This document shows, piece by piece, positions 19,470 to 29,734 of a stretch of DNA of 64,000 bases. Source of the DNA: Fidelibacterota bacterium (lineage in GTDB: Bacteria; Fidelibacterota; Marinisomatia; Marinisomatales; Marinisomataceae); assembly GCA_965212055.1 (NCBI GenBank), contig OZ243041.1:161880-225879 (forward strand), in the 5' to 3' direction. How positions within the stretch are numbered: position 1 is the first letter of the stretch; each line of letters begins with the position of its first letter. Below the pieces are notes generated by a model. The model saw nothing but the letters and a program-made list of their open reading frames with translations, was not told where the DNA came from and ran no database searches. A program made the position numbers and the translations under genes.

Positions 19470-20915
19470 TTATCCTACACTATTTTCTAATGTTACTTCA
19501 ATTAATTGTTTTGCTTCTACCGCAAATTCCATTGGAAGTTCTTCAAACACTTCTTTACAGAATCCATTAACAATCATAGAGACAGCGTCATCTAAATTAA
19601 TTCCTCTTTGATTACAATAGAATAACTGATCTTCACCAATGCTAGACGTACTAGCTTCATGTTCCATTTTTGCTGTTTTATTTTTGACATCAATATATGG
19701 AAAAGTATGTGCTCCACATTTATCTCCAATGAGAATAGAATCACATTGTGAGAAATTTCGTGCATTTTCGGCATTTTTCAATATTTTTACCCCACCTCTA
19801 TATGTATTTTGTCCTTCACCAGCTGAAATGCCCTTTGAAATAATAGTGCTTTTAGTATTTTTCCCTATATGAATCATTTTAGTGCCCGTATCAGCTTGCT
19901 GTTTGTTTTTTGTGACTGCAACTGAATAGAATTCTCCAATACTGTCGTCTCCTTGCATAATAACGCTAGGGTATTTCCAAGTAATTGCAGATCCTGTTTC
20001 TACTTGTGTCCAAGAAATCTTAGATCTATCTCCTGCACATTTACCACGTTTGGTGACAAAATTATAAATTCCACCTTTCCCATCTTCGTTACCTGCATAC
20101 CAATTTTGTATCGTGGAATATTTAATAGTAGCATTTTCATGGGCAATTAATTCTACACAGGCGGCATGTAATTGATTTTCATCTCTCATCGGTGCTGTGC
20201 ATCCCTCAAGATAGCTTACTTCACTGCCTTCATCGGCAATAATTAGTGTTCTCTCGAATTGTCCAGTGTTAGAAGCATTAATTCTAAAATATGTTGATAA
20301 TTCAAGGGGACATTTAACATTTTTAGGTATATAGACAAAAGATCCATCACTGAATACTGCTGAGTTTAAGGCAGCAAAATAATTGTCAGTGTAAGGAATT
20401 ACTGATCCTAGATATTGTTTTACCAGATCTGGATATTCTATAACTGCTTCAGAAAAAGAACAGAAAAGAACCCCATGTTTTGCTAATTCATCTTTGAATG
20501 TTGTAGTTATAGAAACACTGTCAAAGACTGCATCAACAGCAACGCCTTCTAATTTTTTTTGTTCGTCAAGAGAAATACCAAGTTTATTATAGGTATCTAA
20601 GATTTCTGGATCTACTTCATCAAGACTTTTTCTGCTTTTTACCTTTGGAGCTGCATAATAACTCAATGCTTGATAATCTATTGGTTCATAATGAATATTA
20701 GCCCAAGTCGGCTCCTTCATTTTTTGCCAGTTTTTATATGCTTTTAATCTCCAATTAAGCAACCATTGTGGTTCATTTTTTATCTTGGAAAGTTTTTTAA
20801 TGACTTCTTCATCTAATCCAGGTTCAAATTTGATTTGCTCTATATTAGTAGTAAATCCATATTTGTACTTCTGATCGAGATTTTTATCAATTATTTTCTG
20901 GTTTTTATCAATCAT
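19470..20915 (-). CDS. sufB: Fe-S cluster assembly scaffold SufB
   Basis: 481 aa with highly conserved SufB blocks ([30 protein letters not shown]). Confidence 0.95.
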   Translation of the reverse strand: MIDKNQKIIDKNLDQKYKYGFTTNIEQIKFEPGLDEEVIKKLSKIKNEPQWLLNWRLKAYKNWQKMKEPTWANIHYEPIDYQALSYYAAPKVKSRKSLDEVDPEILDTYNKLGISLDEQKKLEGVAVDAVFDSVSITTTFKDELAKHGVLFCSFSEAVIEYPDLVKQYLGSVIPYTDNYFAALNSAVFSDGSFVYIPKNVKCPLELSTYFRINASNTGQFERTLIIADEGSEVSYLEGCTAPMRDENQLHAACVELIAHENATIKYSTIQNWYAGNEDGKGGIYNFVTKRGKCAGDRSKISWTQVETGSAITWKYPSVIMQGDDSIGEFYSVAVTKNKQQADTGTKMIHIGKNTKSTIISKGISAGEGQNTYRGGVKILKNAENARNFSQCDSILIGDKCGAHTFPYIDVKNKTAKMEHEASTSSIGEDQLFYCNQRGINLDDAVSMIVNGFCKEVFEELPMEFAVEAKQLIEVTLENSVG

Positions 20916-21057
20916 TTCTAGTAGGCGAAAATTTATCTAATTACAATGTTATTTACTACGAATTTAGGAATTTATTTCCGACGAAAGTTTTGATGGAATT
21001 CTATACTCATTGCTTACTTAATTTTCGTAGTGTAAATTGAATGTCGTTTCAGGGATA

Positions 21058-22908
21058 ATGAGTAAAAAAGTTAAATCAGAAACTTTAGATAACGTTACGA
21101 TACGTTTTGCAGGTGATTCCGGTGATGGAATGCAACTCAGTGGGGGAAGATTTACCCAAACTTCAGCAATTGTTGGTAATGATTTAAGTACATTGCCAGA
21201 TTTTCCAGCTGAAATACGTGCTCCTGCTGGATCTCTAGCTGGAGTAAGTTCGTTTCAAATTCATTTTAGTTCCCACGAAATTCATACACCAGGAGAGGAA
21301 CCTGATGTTTTGGTCGCGATGAATCCTGCTGCATTGAAAGTTCATTTAGAAGAATTAGTTCCTGGAGGGATTCTTGTAGTCAATAAGAATGCATTTACAA
21401 AAAAGAATTTGAAGCTTGCAGGATATGAATCTGATCCAACTGAAGATGGTTCATTGGATGATTATTATTCAGTGCATTATATTGAAATGAGTAAATTGGT
21501 TACAAATGCTTGTGAAGGATTAGATTTACCTCCAAAAACTGTTGAAAGAACTAAAAATCTTTGTGCATTAGGAGTTCTTTTTTGGATGTATGATCGTCCT
21601 CTTGAACCCACTCTCGATTGGTTAAATAAAAAATTTAAATCTAAACCATTAATTATTGATGCTAATACAAGAGCTTTACATGCAGGATATAATTATGGTG
21701 ATACTGCAGAAATATTTACAACACGTTATATTGTGAAAAAAGCTAGTTTAGCTCCTGGAAAATATAGAAATATTAATGGAACCCTAGCTTCATGTTTGGG
21801 AATACTGACTGCATCGCAAAAAAGTAATTTAAATATTACTTTTGCTGGTTATCCTATTACTCCAGCAAGTAACCTATTGCATACTTTATCAAATTGGAAA
21901 AATTTTGGGATTAGAACCTTTCAAGCCGAAGATGAAATTGCTGGTATAGGAGTTGCTATTGGATCTTCCTATGGTGGATCGCTTGGGATTACTGCCTCTT
22001 CTGGACCTGGTATTGCATTGAAGACAGAAATGATGGGCTTGGCGGTGATGACTGAACTCCCATTAGTAATTATTAATGTTCAAAGAGGTGGACCTAGCAC
22101 CGGATTACCAACAAAAACCGAACAATCAGATCTATTACAAGCTGTATATGGACGTAATGGAGAAGCTCCAATTCCTGTTATAGCACCTACTACGCCTGGG
22201 GATTGTTATTTTGCTGCATATGAAGCATGTAGAATTGCTGTTAAATATATGGTTCCTGTTATTGTATTATCTGATGGGTATCTTGTTAATGGATCAGAAC
22301 CATGGCTTATTCCAAATCCAGATGATTTAGAAGATTTTATTGCAAATTTTGAAAAAGAAAATACTTCTGGTGAGAAATTCCTTCCTTATAAGCGTGACAC
22401 CAATACATTAGCAAGAAATTGGGCTATTCCTGGAACAAAAGGCTTAGAACATCGCATTGGAGGGCTTGAAAAACAAGATATTACTGGAAATGTGAACTAT
22501 GAACCTGGTAATCACCATGAAATGGTACGAATACGTGCTCAGAAAGTTCAAAATATTGTGAATGAAATTGGTCCTACTGATATTTATGGTAAAAAAACAG
22601 GAGATTTACTTATTCTTAGCTGGGGGAGTGCCCATGGGTCTTGTAGATCAGCAGTAGAAGCTTTATTAGAGGAAAAATTGAAAGTTGCCCATGTATCTGT
22701 ACAGTGGGTAAATCCATTACCACCAGATTTAGGAAATATTTTAAGCAAATATAAAAAAGTTTTGATTCCAGAAGTCAATACTGGACAGTTTAGAAAAATC
22801 ATTCGTTCAGAATTTTTAGTTGATGCAATTGGATTCAATCAAGTAAGAGGAAAACCATTGAGTCCTTCAAGCATTGTAGATAAAGCAAAGGAATTAATTA
22901 ATGAGTAA
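21058..22908 (+). CDS. korA: 2-oxoacid (2-oxoglutarate):ferredoxin oxidoreductase subunit alpha (fused gamma-alpha type)
   Basis: IRFAGDSGDGMQ, YPITPAS and RGGPSTGLPTKTEQ.DL motifs. The ATG at 21058 is preferred over the upstream TTG at 21037. Confidence 0.85.
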   Translation: MSKKVKSETLDNVTIRFAGDSGDGMQLSGGRFTQTSAIVGNDLSTLPDFPAEIRAPAGSLAGVSSFQIHFSSHEIHTPGEEPDVLVAMNPAALKVHLEELVPGGILVVNKNAFTKKNLKLAGYESDPTEDGSLDDYYSVHYIEMSKLVTNACEGLDLPPKTVERTKNLCALGVLFWMYDRPLEPTLDWLNKKFKSKPLIIDANTRALHAGYNYGDTAEIFTTRYIVKKASLAPGKYRNINGTLASCLGILTASQKSNLNITFAGYPITPASNLLHTLSNWKNFGIRTFQAEDEIAGIGVAIGSSYGGSLGITASSGPGIALKTEMMGLAVMTELPLVIINVQRGGPSTGLPTKTEQSDLLQAVYGRNGEAPIPVIAPTTPGDCYFAAYEACRIAVKYMVPVIVLSDGYLVNGSEPWLIPNPDDLEDFIANFEKENTSGEKFLPYKRDTNTLARNWAIPGTKGLEHRIGGLEKQDITGNVNYEPGNHHEMVRIRAQKVQNIVNEIGPTDIYGKKTGDLLILSWGSAHGSCRSAVEALLEEKLKVAHVSVQWVNPLPPDLGNILSKYKKVLIPEVNTGQFRKIIRSEFLVDAIGFNQVRGKPLSPSSIVDKAKELINE

Positions 22909-23914
22909 AAATCAAGTACTAACAAGAAAAGATTTTTCATCAGATCAAGCTGTTAGATGGTGTCCTGGGTGTGGAGACTATGCTGTTCTTGCTCAAACTC
23001 AGAAAGTTTTTCCTGAGATTACTACAAAAAAGGAAGATGTAGTTTTTATTTCAGGAATTGGTTGTTCGAGTCGTTTCCCATATTATATGGATACATTTGG
23101 TTTTCATACAATTCATGGAAGAGCACCAACCATTGCTAGCGGATTAAAGATTTCGAATCCAGAACTATCAGTTTGGATTGTTACAGGAGATGGAGATGGG
23201 CTTTCTATTGGAGGCAATCATATTATTCATTTAATGAGAAGAAATATTGATCTTAATGTTATGTTATTTAATAATAGAATTTATGGTCTTACAAAAGGAC
23301 AGTATTCTCCTACATCTGAAAGGGGAAAAATTACATATTCAACTCCAATGGGTTCTTTAGACCATCCTTTTAATCCAACAAAATTAGTTCTTGGTGCTGA
23401 AGCAGGATTTGTTGCAAAAACCATTGATGTGGAATTAAAACATCTTCAAGAAATGATTAAAAGAGCAAATGATTATAATGGTACTTCATTTATTGAAATT
23501 TATCAGAATTGTAATATTTTTAACGATAATGCATTTTCTAATCTCACCAATAAAGAGACTAAATCGGATCAATTATTAAGGGTAGAAGATGGTAAACCTA
23601 TGATTTTTGGCATAAATAATGATAAAGGTATTTCTATGGATGGTACAACTCCAAAAGTTGTAAAAATTGGTAAAAAATATTCTATAGATGATATTTTAGT
23701 TCATAATGAAAAAGATGAATTTATTGCAGATATGCTTTCTAATTTTACTTCAAATGATGTTTTTCCGGAACCAATAGGGGTATTATATTGTAAAGAAAGA
23801 GCAACATATGATGGTTTAATGGAGCAACAAATGCAAGATGCACAGAAAAAAGATAAAACTCCAAGAACGCTTCATGATTTACTTAATGCTGGAGATACTT
23901 GGGAAGTTAAATGA
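22901..23914 (+). CDS. korB: 2-oxoacid:ferredoxin oxidoreductase subunit beta (TPP-binding)
   Basis: WCPGCGDY, GIGCSSR and GDGD.LSIGGNH motifs. Confidence 0.85.
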   Translation: MSKNQVLTRKDFSSDQAVRWCPGCGDYAVLAQTQKVFPEITTKKEDVVFISGIGCSSRFPYYMDTFGFHTIHGRAPTIASGLKISNPELSVWIVTGDGDGLSIGGNHIIHLMRRNIDLNVMLFNNRIYGLTKGQYSPTSERGKITYSTPMGSLDHPFNPTKLVLGAEAGFVAKTIDVELKHLQEMIKRANDYNGTSFIEIYQNCNIFNDNAFSNLTNKETKSDQLLRVEDGKPMIFGINNDKGISMDGTTPKVVKIGKKYSIDDILVHNEKDEFIADMLSNFTSNDVFPEPIGVLYCKERATYDGLMEQQMQDAQKKDKTPRTLHDLLNAGDTWEVK

Positions 23915-25311
23915 CAAAATTTAGAACAGAAAAAGACAGTTTAGGCACAGTTCAGGTTCCTGTAAAAGCTTATTATGGAGCTCAAACGCAAAGAGCAATT
24001 GAAAACTTTGAAATTGGATGGGCAATGGATTTAAATTTAATTTTCCCATATATCATCATCAAAAAAGCTGCGGCAATTTCTAATCATACTCAAAAAAGAT
24101 TATCCAAAAAATTAAGTAATGCAATTGTAAAAGCATGTGATGATATCCTAGAACATCCGGAAGATTTTATTAATCAATTCCCTGTATCTGTATTCCAAAG
24201 CGGTAGCGGAACTCAAACAAATATGAATGTTAATGAAGTCATTGCAAATAAAGCCAATGAACTGTTAGGTGGAAAGTTAGGAGAATATAAATTTATTCAT
24301 CCTAATGACCACGTAAATATGTCTCAATCTACAAATGATACTTTTCCTTCAGCTATTCTTATTGGATGTGTTTTGAATGTTGAGGATAATTTGTTACCAA
24401 GTTTAGAGATACTAAAAGCAGAATTAAGTAAAAAAGAAAAAGAATTTAAGTCAATTGTTAAAGTTGGTAGAACACACCTTCAAGATGCAACCCCAATTAC
24501 ACTAGGACAAGAATTCTCTGGATATGTATCAATGATTAATAACGATATCAAGAGGATTCAAAACACATTGAAAGAATGTTCTAAACTTCCAATAGGAGGA
24601 ACTGCTGTTGGAACAGGGATTAACACAATTGCAGGCTATGATAAATTAATGGTCAATACTATAAGCAACGAGACTGGACTTAGTTTTAAAGTCTGTAATA
24701 ATAAATTTGAACTTTTATCCTCTCAAAATGCTATTTCTGATTTATCTGCTCAAATAAAGATTTGTTCTAGCTCACTTAATAAAATTGCAAATGATATTAA
24801 ATGGTTATCTAGTGGCCCAATGGCTGGTATTGGCGAATTAAAACTTCCTTCCAACGAACCTGGTAGTTCTATTATGCCTGGCAAGGTTAACCCAACACAA
24901 TGTGAAGCGGTCAATATGGTCCATGCTCAAATTCTTGGGAATGATATGACTGTTGGATTTGCAGGATCAGGTGGCAATTTTGAACTAAACACCTATAGGC
25001 CAGTAGTTGCATCCACTATCCATGAATCTATTGCTTTATTGAGTGAAGTTTCTGAGTCCTTTGCATTACATGCGATAAAAGGATTATCTGCTAATAAGAA
25101 GAAAATTAAAGAAAATCTAAATAAATCTTTGATGTTAGTAACAGCACTTGTTCCAGAGATAGGTTATGAGAAATCTTCAGAAATTGCAAAAAAAGCATTG
25201 AAAGAAAATATATCACTAAAAGAAAGTGCAAAGAAATTGAATTACCTGTCTGAAAAAGAATTTGATAAAATTGTTAAACCAGAATTAATGGTTTCTCCTA
25301 AGAAAAAATGA
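23911..25311 (+). CDS. fumC: class II fumarate hydratase
   Basis: GSSIMPGKVNP signature, SQSTNDTFP, RTHLQDATP. Confidence 0.95.
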   Translation: MTKFRTEKDSLGTVQVPVKAYYGAQTQRAIENFEIGWAMDLNLIFPYIIIKKAAAISNHTQKRLSKKLSNAIVKACDDILEHPEDFINQFPVSVFQSGSGTQTNMNVNEVIANKANELLGGKLGEYKFIHPNDHVNMSQSTNDTFPSAILIGCVLNVEDNLLPSLEILKAELSKKEKEFKSIVKVGRTHLQDATPITLGQEFSGYVSMINNDIKRIQNTLKECSKLPIGGTAVGTGINTIAGYDKLMVNTISNETGLSFKVCNNKFELLSSQNAISDLSAQIKICSSSLNKIANDIKWLSSGPMAGIGELKLPSNEPGSSIMPGKVNPTQCEAVNMVHAQILGNDMTVGFAGSGGNFELNTYRPVVASTIHESIALLSEVSESFALHAIKGLSANKKKIKENLNKSLMLVTALVPEIGYEKSSEIAKKALKENISLKESAKKLNYLSEKEFDKIVKPELMVSPKKK

Positions 25312-27392
25312 TTAAATCTTTTTTTAAGTCTTTTAAAATTATCTTATATCTATCTTTGCTATTATTAGTTTATTTGATATACCTATCTAGAGATTTACCA
25401 TCCCTTGAACGATTGGAAACATTTGATCCTGCTATGCTATCAACCATTTATGATCGTAATGGTGAAATTATTGGGGAATTCTATATTCAAAAAAGAGTCT
25501 TTATTGATTTAGAAGATATGCCAGAACATTTAAAATATGCAGCAATTTCTTCTGAAGACAAACGTTTTTTCCAACACTGGGGCGTAGATTTACAAAGTGT
25601 ATTTCGTGCCATCATTGTTAATGTCATTTCAATGGAATTCAGACAGGGATTTAGTACACTATCTCAGCAATTAGCACGGAATCTGTATAAAGAGATTGGG
25701 TTCAGGGATAGTGTAACGAGAAAGATAAAGGAAATCATTACTGCTATACAGATTGAGCGAACTTATACTAAACACGAGATCTTAGAAATGTACTTGAATA
25801 CAGTACATTTTGGGCATGGTACGTATGGCGTTGAATCCGCAGCAAAAAGATATTTCAATAAGAAAGCATCAGAATTAACAATTGGCGAATCAGCAATGCT
25901 TATCGGATTATTACCGTCTCCAGCAAATTATTCACCATTAAGAAACTTAAATAAGTCCATTGAAAGACGTTCTATCGTTTTAAAAGTAATGTATAATCAA
26001 GACTACATTTCTCACGAAGAATATATGGAGCACAACAGTATTATTCCTGACAATATTTCCTATGAAATACCAAAGAGTAAAGCACCTTATTTTACAGAAT
26101 ATGTACGAAGAACATTGGAAAAAATAGATGAAGAATTAGGAATTAATATTTATCAAGATGGTCTTAAAATTTATACTACTCTTGACTATGGTTTGCAACA
26201 AATTGCTGAGGATGTTGTAATGAAAACGCTTCGCAATAACCAAGATGAATTTAATAATCAACTGTTTGCTGATAGTGAACGTTTCTCCAAATTGGGTTAT
26301 TTATCAATTTTTCCAGAAGATTCTGTAAAAATGATGCTTAATGGTCAAATGCAATTATATGAGGAATTAAGACAAAATCTATTGGTCCAATGTGCATTTA
26401 TTGCATTGGACACTAAAAATGGTGAAATCCTAGCAATGATTGGAGGAAGATCTGATTATGTTGACCAATACAACAGAGCAACACAAGCACAAAGACAACC
26501 AGGTTCTGTTTTTAAGCCTTTTATTTATACAGCTGTTATTGATAATAACTACCCTGTTACTACGCAATTACTGAATCAACCAGTTGCCTTATATAGGAAT
26601 AATGCAAAAGGTGAAAAAGAAAAATGGACACCAAGAAATTATGACAATAGTACTGGGGGATTAACAACATTAAGAGAAGGATTAAGAAGATCATTAAATT
26701 TAATTTCTGTACGTATGGTTCAAGAACTTGTCCCTGCACAGCAGGTCAAAAATGTTGCAAAGAGAATGCAAATTAAATCTCCAATTCGTGCTGTTGATGC
26801 TCTTGCACTGGGCACTTCAGAAGTGACCCCAATGGAAATTACTGCTTCTTATTCAATTTTTTCTAATAAAGGAATTTATTCTTCCCCAATTGCAATTACA
26901 AAAATTGAAGACAAATATGGACAGATCATCAAAGAATTTAGTACAACACAACAAGAAGTACTTAGTCCTGAAACAGCTTATGTAGTAACAAATTTACTAC
27001 AAACTGTTATTGATAAAGGAACAGGAGGAAGTGCAAGATGGAAATACAGATTTAGACATACAGCGGCAGGCAAAACTGGAACAACTCAAAATTGGAGTGA
27101 TGCATGGTTTGTAGGTTTTACCCCTAATATATCTGCTGGAGTTTGGTTTGGAGTAGATCAGTCTCCAATTAGTTTAGGAGAAGGACAATCTGGGACTAAA
27201 GCAGCATTACCAGCTTGGGCATTATTTATGAAGGAAGCACATAAAAAACTGGGTATTCCAGATGAAGATTTTGTGATGCCAGAAGGAGTAATTGAAATTG
27301 AGATAGATGCAGATACAAAGTTACTTCCAAATTCAAGTACCAAGAAAAGAGAAAAAGAAATTTTCTTTAAAAATAATAAACCTACTAACTAA
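25308..27392 (+). CDS. mrcA: penicillin-binding protein 1A (bifunctional glycosyltransferase/transpeptidase)
   Basis: GT51 motifs (EDKRFFQHWG, RKIKE), transpeptidase SxxK (GSVFKP), KTGTT. Confidence 0.9.
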   Translation: MIKSFFKSFKIILYLSLLLLVYLIYLSRDLPSLERLETFDPAMLSTIYDRNGEIIGEFYIQKRVFIDLEDMPEHLKYAAISSEDKRFFQHWGVDLQSVFRAIIVNVISMEFRQGFSTLSQQLARNLYKEIGFRDSVTRKIKEIITAIQIERTYTKHEILEMYLNTVHFGHGTYGVESAAKRYFNKKASELTIGESAMLIGLLPSPANYSPLRNLNKSIERRSIVLKVMYNQDYISHEEYMEHNSIIPDNISYEIPKSKAPYFTEYVRRTLEKIDEELGINIYQDGLKIYTTLDYGLQQIAEDVVMKTLRNNQDEFNNQLFADSERFSKLGYLSIFPEDSVKMMLNGQMQLYEELRQNLLVQCAFIALDTKNGEILAMIGGRSDYVDQYNRATQAQRQPGSVFKPFIYTAVIDNNYPVTTQLLNQPVALYRNNAKGEKEKWTPRNYDNSTGGLTTLREGLRRSLNLISVRMVQELVPAQQVKNVAKRMQIKSPIRAVDALALGTSEVTPMEITASYSIFSNKGIYSSPIAITKIEDKYGQIIKEFSTTQQEVLSPETAYVVTNLLQTVIDKGTGGSARWKYRFRHTAAGKTGTTQNWSDAWFVGFTPNISAGVWFGVDQSPISLGEGQSGTKAALPAWALFMKEAHKKLGIPDEDFVMPEGVIEIEIDADTKLLPNSSTKKREKEIFFKNNKPTN

Positions 27393-28735
27393 TTTTTTTT
27401 GTCAGCAAGGAATAAGAGTATTCCACCTATAATAAATAAAATCATATTTGGCATCCATGAGCCAAATGTTGGATCCAAAAGATTTCTATCTGCTAATTGT
27501 TCTCCCCATATTAATAAAATATAATACACAAGAAAGAATACAATACTTAACCCGGATGCAATCGTAATTCCCCCTTTTCTAACCAAGATTCCAAGAGGAG
27601 CACCAGTCATTGCAAATAAAAGACAGGCAAATGCAAGGGTAAATTTTTTGTGAATTTCTACAAGATATTTGTTGTTTGTTTTTTTATAGTTTGAAATCAA
27701 CATAAATTCATTTTCTAATTGTCTAGAGATATTATTAAATGATTGTAATTTTTCTTTCTTTTCATGTTCAGAGATAGAAATATCATCTCGATAAATTTTT
27801 TCAGCTGTTATTTGTTTATTATTTTCTTTGAGAACTTCAATAGCCATCAAGACGTTATCTAAATTCATCTCTTTCTTCCATTGAATTCCATGATTATCCA
27901 ATAACGTTTTTATTCTTTCATCGATTTGAGCCATATATTGTTTATTTTTTCCAATTTTTTCAATCATCTGTGCTACTTTCATCTCGCGGTCTGTCCGAAT
28001 GGAGTCACTACTTCTATTTAACAGTAAATCATCTATAGAGATAGTAATTTGATGTGTAGAAAATTTGATTTTTCTATAATGATTATAATCTTCCAGATCA
28101 ATTTCATGCATTTCCCCATTTTCCAAATCTAAGATTATAATATCTTGATTAGATGTTAGTTTTCCCTTCTCAGCATAGATTGTTGTTTGTTCGGATCCGG
28201 CACTTTTACTAAAGATTTTTACATCTTTGAATTCATTTCCCTCCATTTCCCTTACAATCATGCTATATTGTGGAATAGTATTAATAAAATATCCTGGTTC
28301 AATCGTCAGTTCAGGTTTTTTTTGGTAAATGTCTTTTGCAAGCAAACGAGCATGGTAATTCATATCAGGAAGCACAAAATTATTAAACAAACAAAGCAGT
28401 AAGCCAATTAATCCACCAAATAAGACAGCAGGCTTAATAATACTAAAGACGCTTACTCCTGCTGCTTTTAATGCCGTGATTTCATTGTCTTGGGACATTC
28501 TCCCGTAGGTCATTACCGTTGAGATTAACAATGACATAGGAACTGATAATGCAATAATCCAAGCTAAGTTTAGATATAAATATTCGAGAATAATCCATAC
28601 ATCTAATCCCTTTCCTAAAAAGCGATCAACCGCTCTAATAAGAAATTGCAAAAATAGTACCATTGTTATTACCCCTAATGATAATAAGAATGGAATCAAC
28701 GATTCTTTAATTAGATATTTATTTAATGTGCTCAT
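27389..28735 (-). CDS. LptF/LptG family LPS export permease
   Basis: YjgP/YjgQ-type topology with a large periplasmic insert. N-terminal LIKESLIPFLLS pattern. Confidence 0.75.
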   Translation of the reverse strand: MSTLNKYLIKESLIPFLLSLGVITMVLFLQFLIRAVDRFLGKGLDVWIILEYLYLNLAWIIALSVPMSLLISTVMTYGRMSQDNEITALKAAGVSVFSIIKPAVLFGGLIGLLLCLFNNFVLPDMNYHARLLAKDIYQKKPELTIEPGYFINTIPQYSMIVREMEGNEFKDVKIFSKSAGSEQTTIYAEKGKLTSNQDIIILDLENGEMHEIDLEDYNHYRKIKFSTHQITISIDDLLLNRSSDSIRTDREMKVAQMIEKIGKNKQYMAQIDERIKTLLDNHGIQWKKEMNLDNVLMAIEVLKENNKQITAEKIYRDDISISEHEKKEKLQSFNNISRQLENEFMLISNYKKTNNKYLVEIHKKFTLAFACLLFAMTGAPLGILVRKGGITIASGLSIVFFLVYYILLIWGEQLADRNLLDPTFGSWMPNMILFIIGGILLFLADKKN

Positions 28736-28814
28736 CCTGAATACTTAAAAATTTAACTCTACTTGTTTAAAAAGATAAACTATAATAAGTTTCCACGCTT
28801 AAATTTAAGCCAAT

Positions 28815-28889
28815 GGTGGATGTAGCTCAGTTGGTTAGAGCCCCGGCTTGTGGAGCCGGCTGTCGTGGGTTCGAGTCCCATCATCCACC
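28815..28889 (+). tRNA. tRNA-His (anticodon GTG)
   Basis: Hand-folded cloverleaf. The extra G-1 pairs with C73. Anticodon loop ttGTGga. T-loop ttcgagt. No encoded CCA. Confidence 0.9.
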
Positions 28890-28893
28890 CGTT

Positions 28894-28968
28894 CGGGGTG
28901 TAGCGTAGTCCGGTTAGCGCACCTGCTTTGGGAGCAGGGGGTCGGAGGTTCAAATCCTCTCACCCCGA
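28894..28968 (+). tRNA. tRNA-Pro (anticodon TGG)
   Basis: Acceptor cggggtg/caccccg, anticodon loop ttTGGga, T-loop ttcaaat. It lies 4 nt after tRNA-His. Confidence 0.9.
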
Positions 28969-29009
28969 CAAAGTAATTTCTTTCGCGAGAAAACATCAAA
29001 ATAATAAGA

Positions 29010-29034
29010 GGACTACTTCGGTAGTCCTTTTTTA
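29010..29034 (+). terminator. Rho-independent terminator of the tRNA-His/Pro unit
   Basis: ggactac-ttcg-gtagtcc perfect 7-bp stem with a UUCG tetraloop, followed by tttttt. Confidence 0.8.
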
Positions 29035-29065
29035 TGTATATTTTGTATAATAGAAAGGGAATAGA

Positions 29066-29266
29066 ATGAAATTAATAAACAAAAAAATAATGGTTCTTAT
29101 TACAATATCTATATTTGCTATTAGTTCTTGTGCATCTGGCGGGTGGTCAAAAGCTGATAAAGATGCATTTCTAGATGAATGTGTAACAGGAGCAGAAGGT
29201 ACCTTATCATCATCAGAAGCAAAAAGATACTGTAATTGTGTTCTTAATGACTTAATGGGATTATGA
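29066..29266 (+). CDS. small lipoprotein, possibly truncated
   Basis: Signal peptide plus lipobox ISSC, aaaggga RBS-like sequence upstream. Only 66 codons. A decayed paralogous copy lies downstream. Confidence 0.45.
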   Translation: MKLINKKIMVLITISIFAISSCASGGWSKADKDAFLDECVTGAEGTLSSSEAKRYCNCVLNDLMGL

Positions 29267-29734
29267 TTCCTGATGCTTTAAGTCTGATCTTTATTCATAT
29301 GCACTTGAGTTATAAAGTTGGAATGGTTAGGAAAAAAATAAATCTATATTTTTCAAGTAATGTAACAAGTGGAAAAATTGGCTGCTGGAGATAAAGTAGG
29401 TGCTCAAGAAGCTGCTTCAACAGACTAATCTGCTAGGTAATAATTTCATATTTTATACTATGGTCAGTATCAACCTTATTGCTCTGGTATTGAAAAAATT
29501 TTTACTGCTACTCTTGTTTATTTTGCTAATCAAAAAATTCCTTTTCAGGAAACGCTGTGTCACCTGTTCTAATTTCAGATACTTTATCATTCCTTATAAA
29601 AGATCTATTTAGGAAGAATTCAAGAAAGTAGAATTATTAGATGGAGAGTAATAATTTTTGAATCATTTAACACCTTTTAAGGAAGTTAAATTAAAAAACG
29701 TCAATATGGCTAACAGATTATTATTTTGAAGTAT

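Noticed and set aside
17176-20150. Antisense and alternate-frame ORFs across the suf operon (17176-17580, 18675-18881, 18871-19104, 19231-19611, 19592-19774, 19639-19872, 19953-20150)
   Set aside because: Each overlaps a highly conserved Suf gene. AT-rich DNA readily produces such shadow ORFs, and none has recognisable features.
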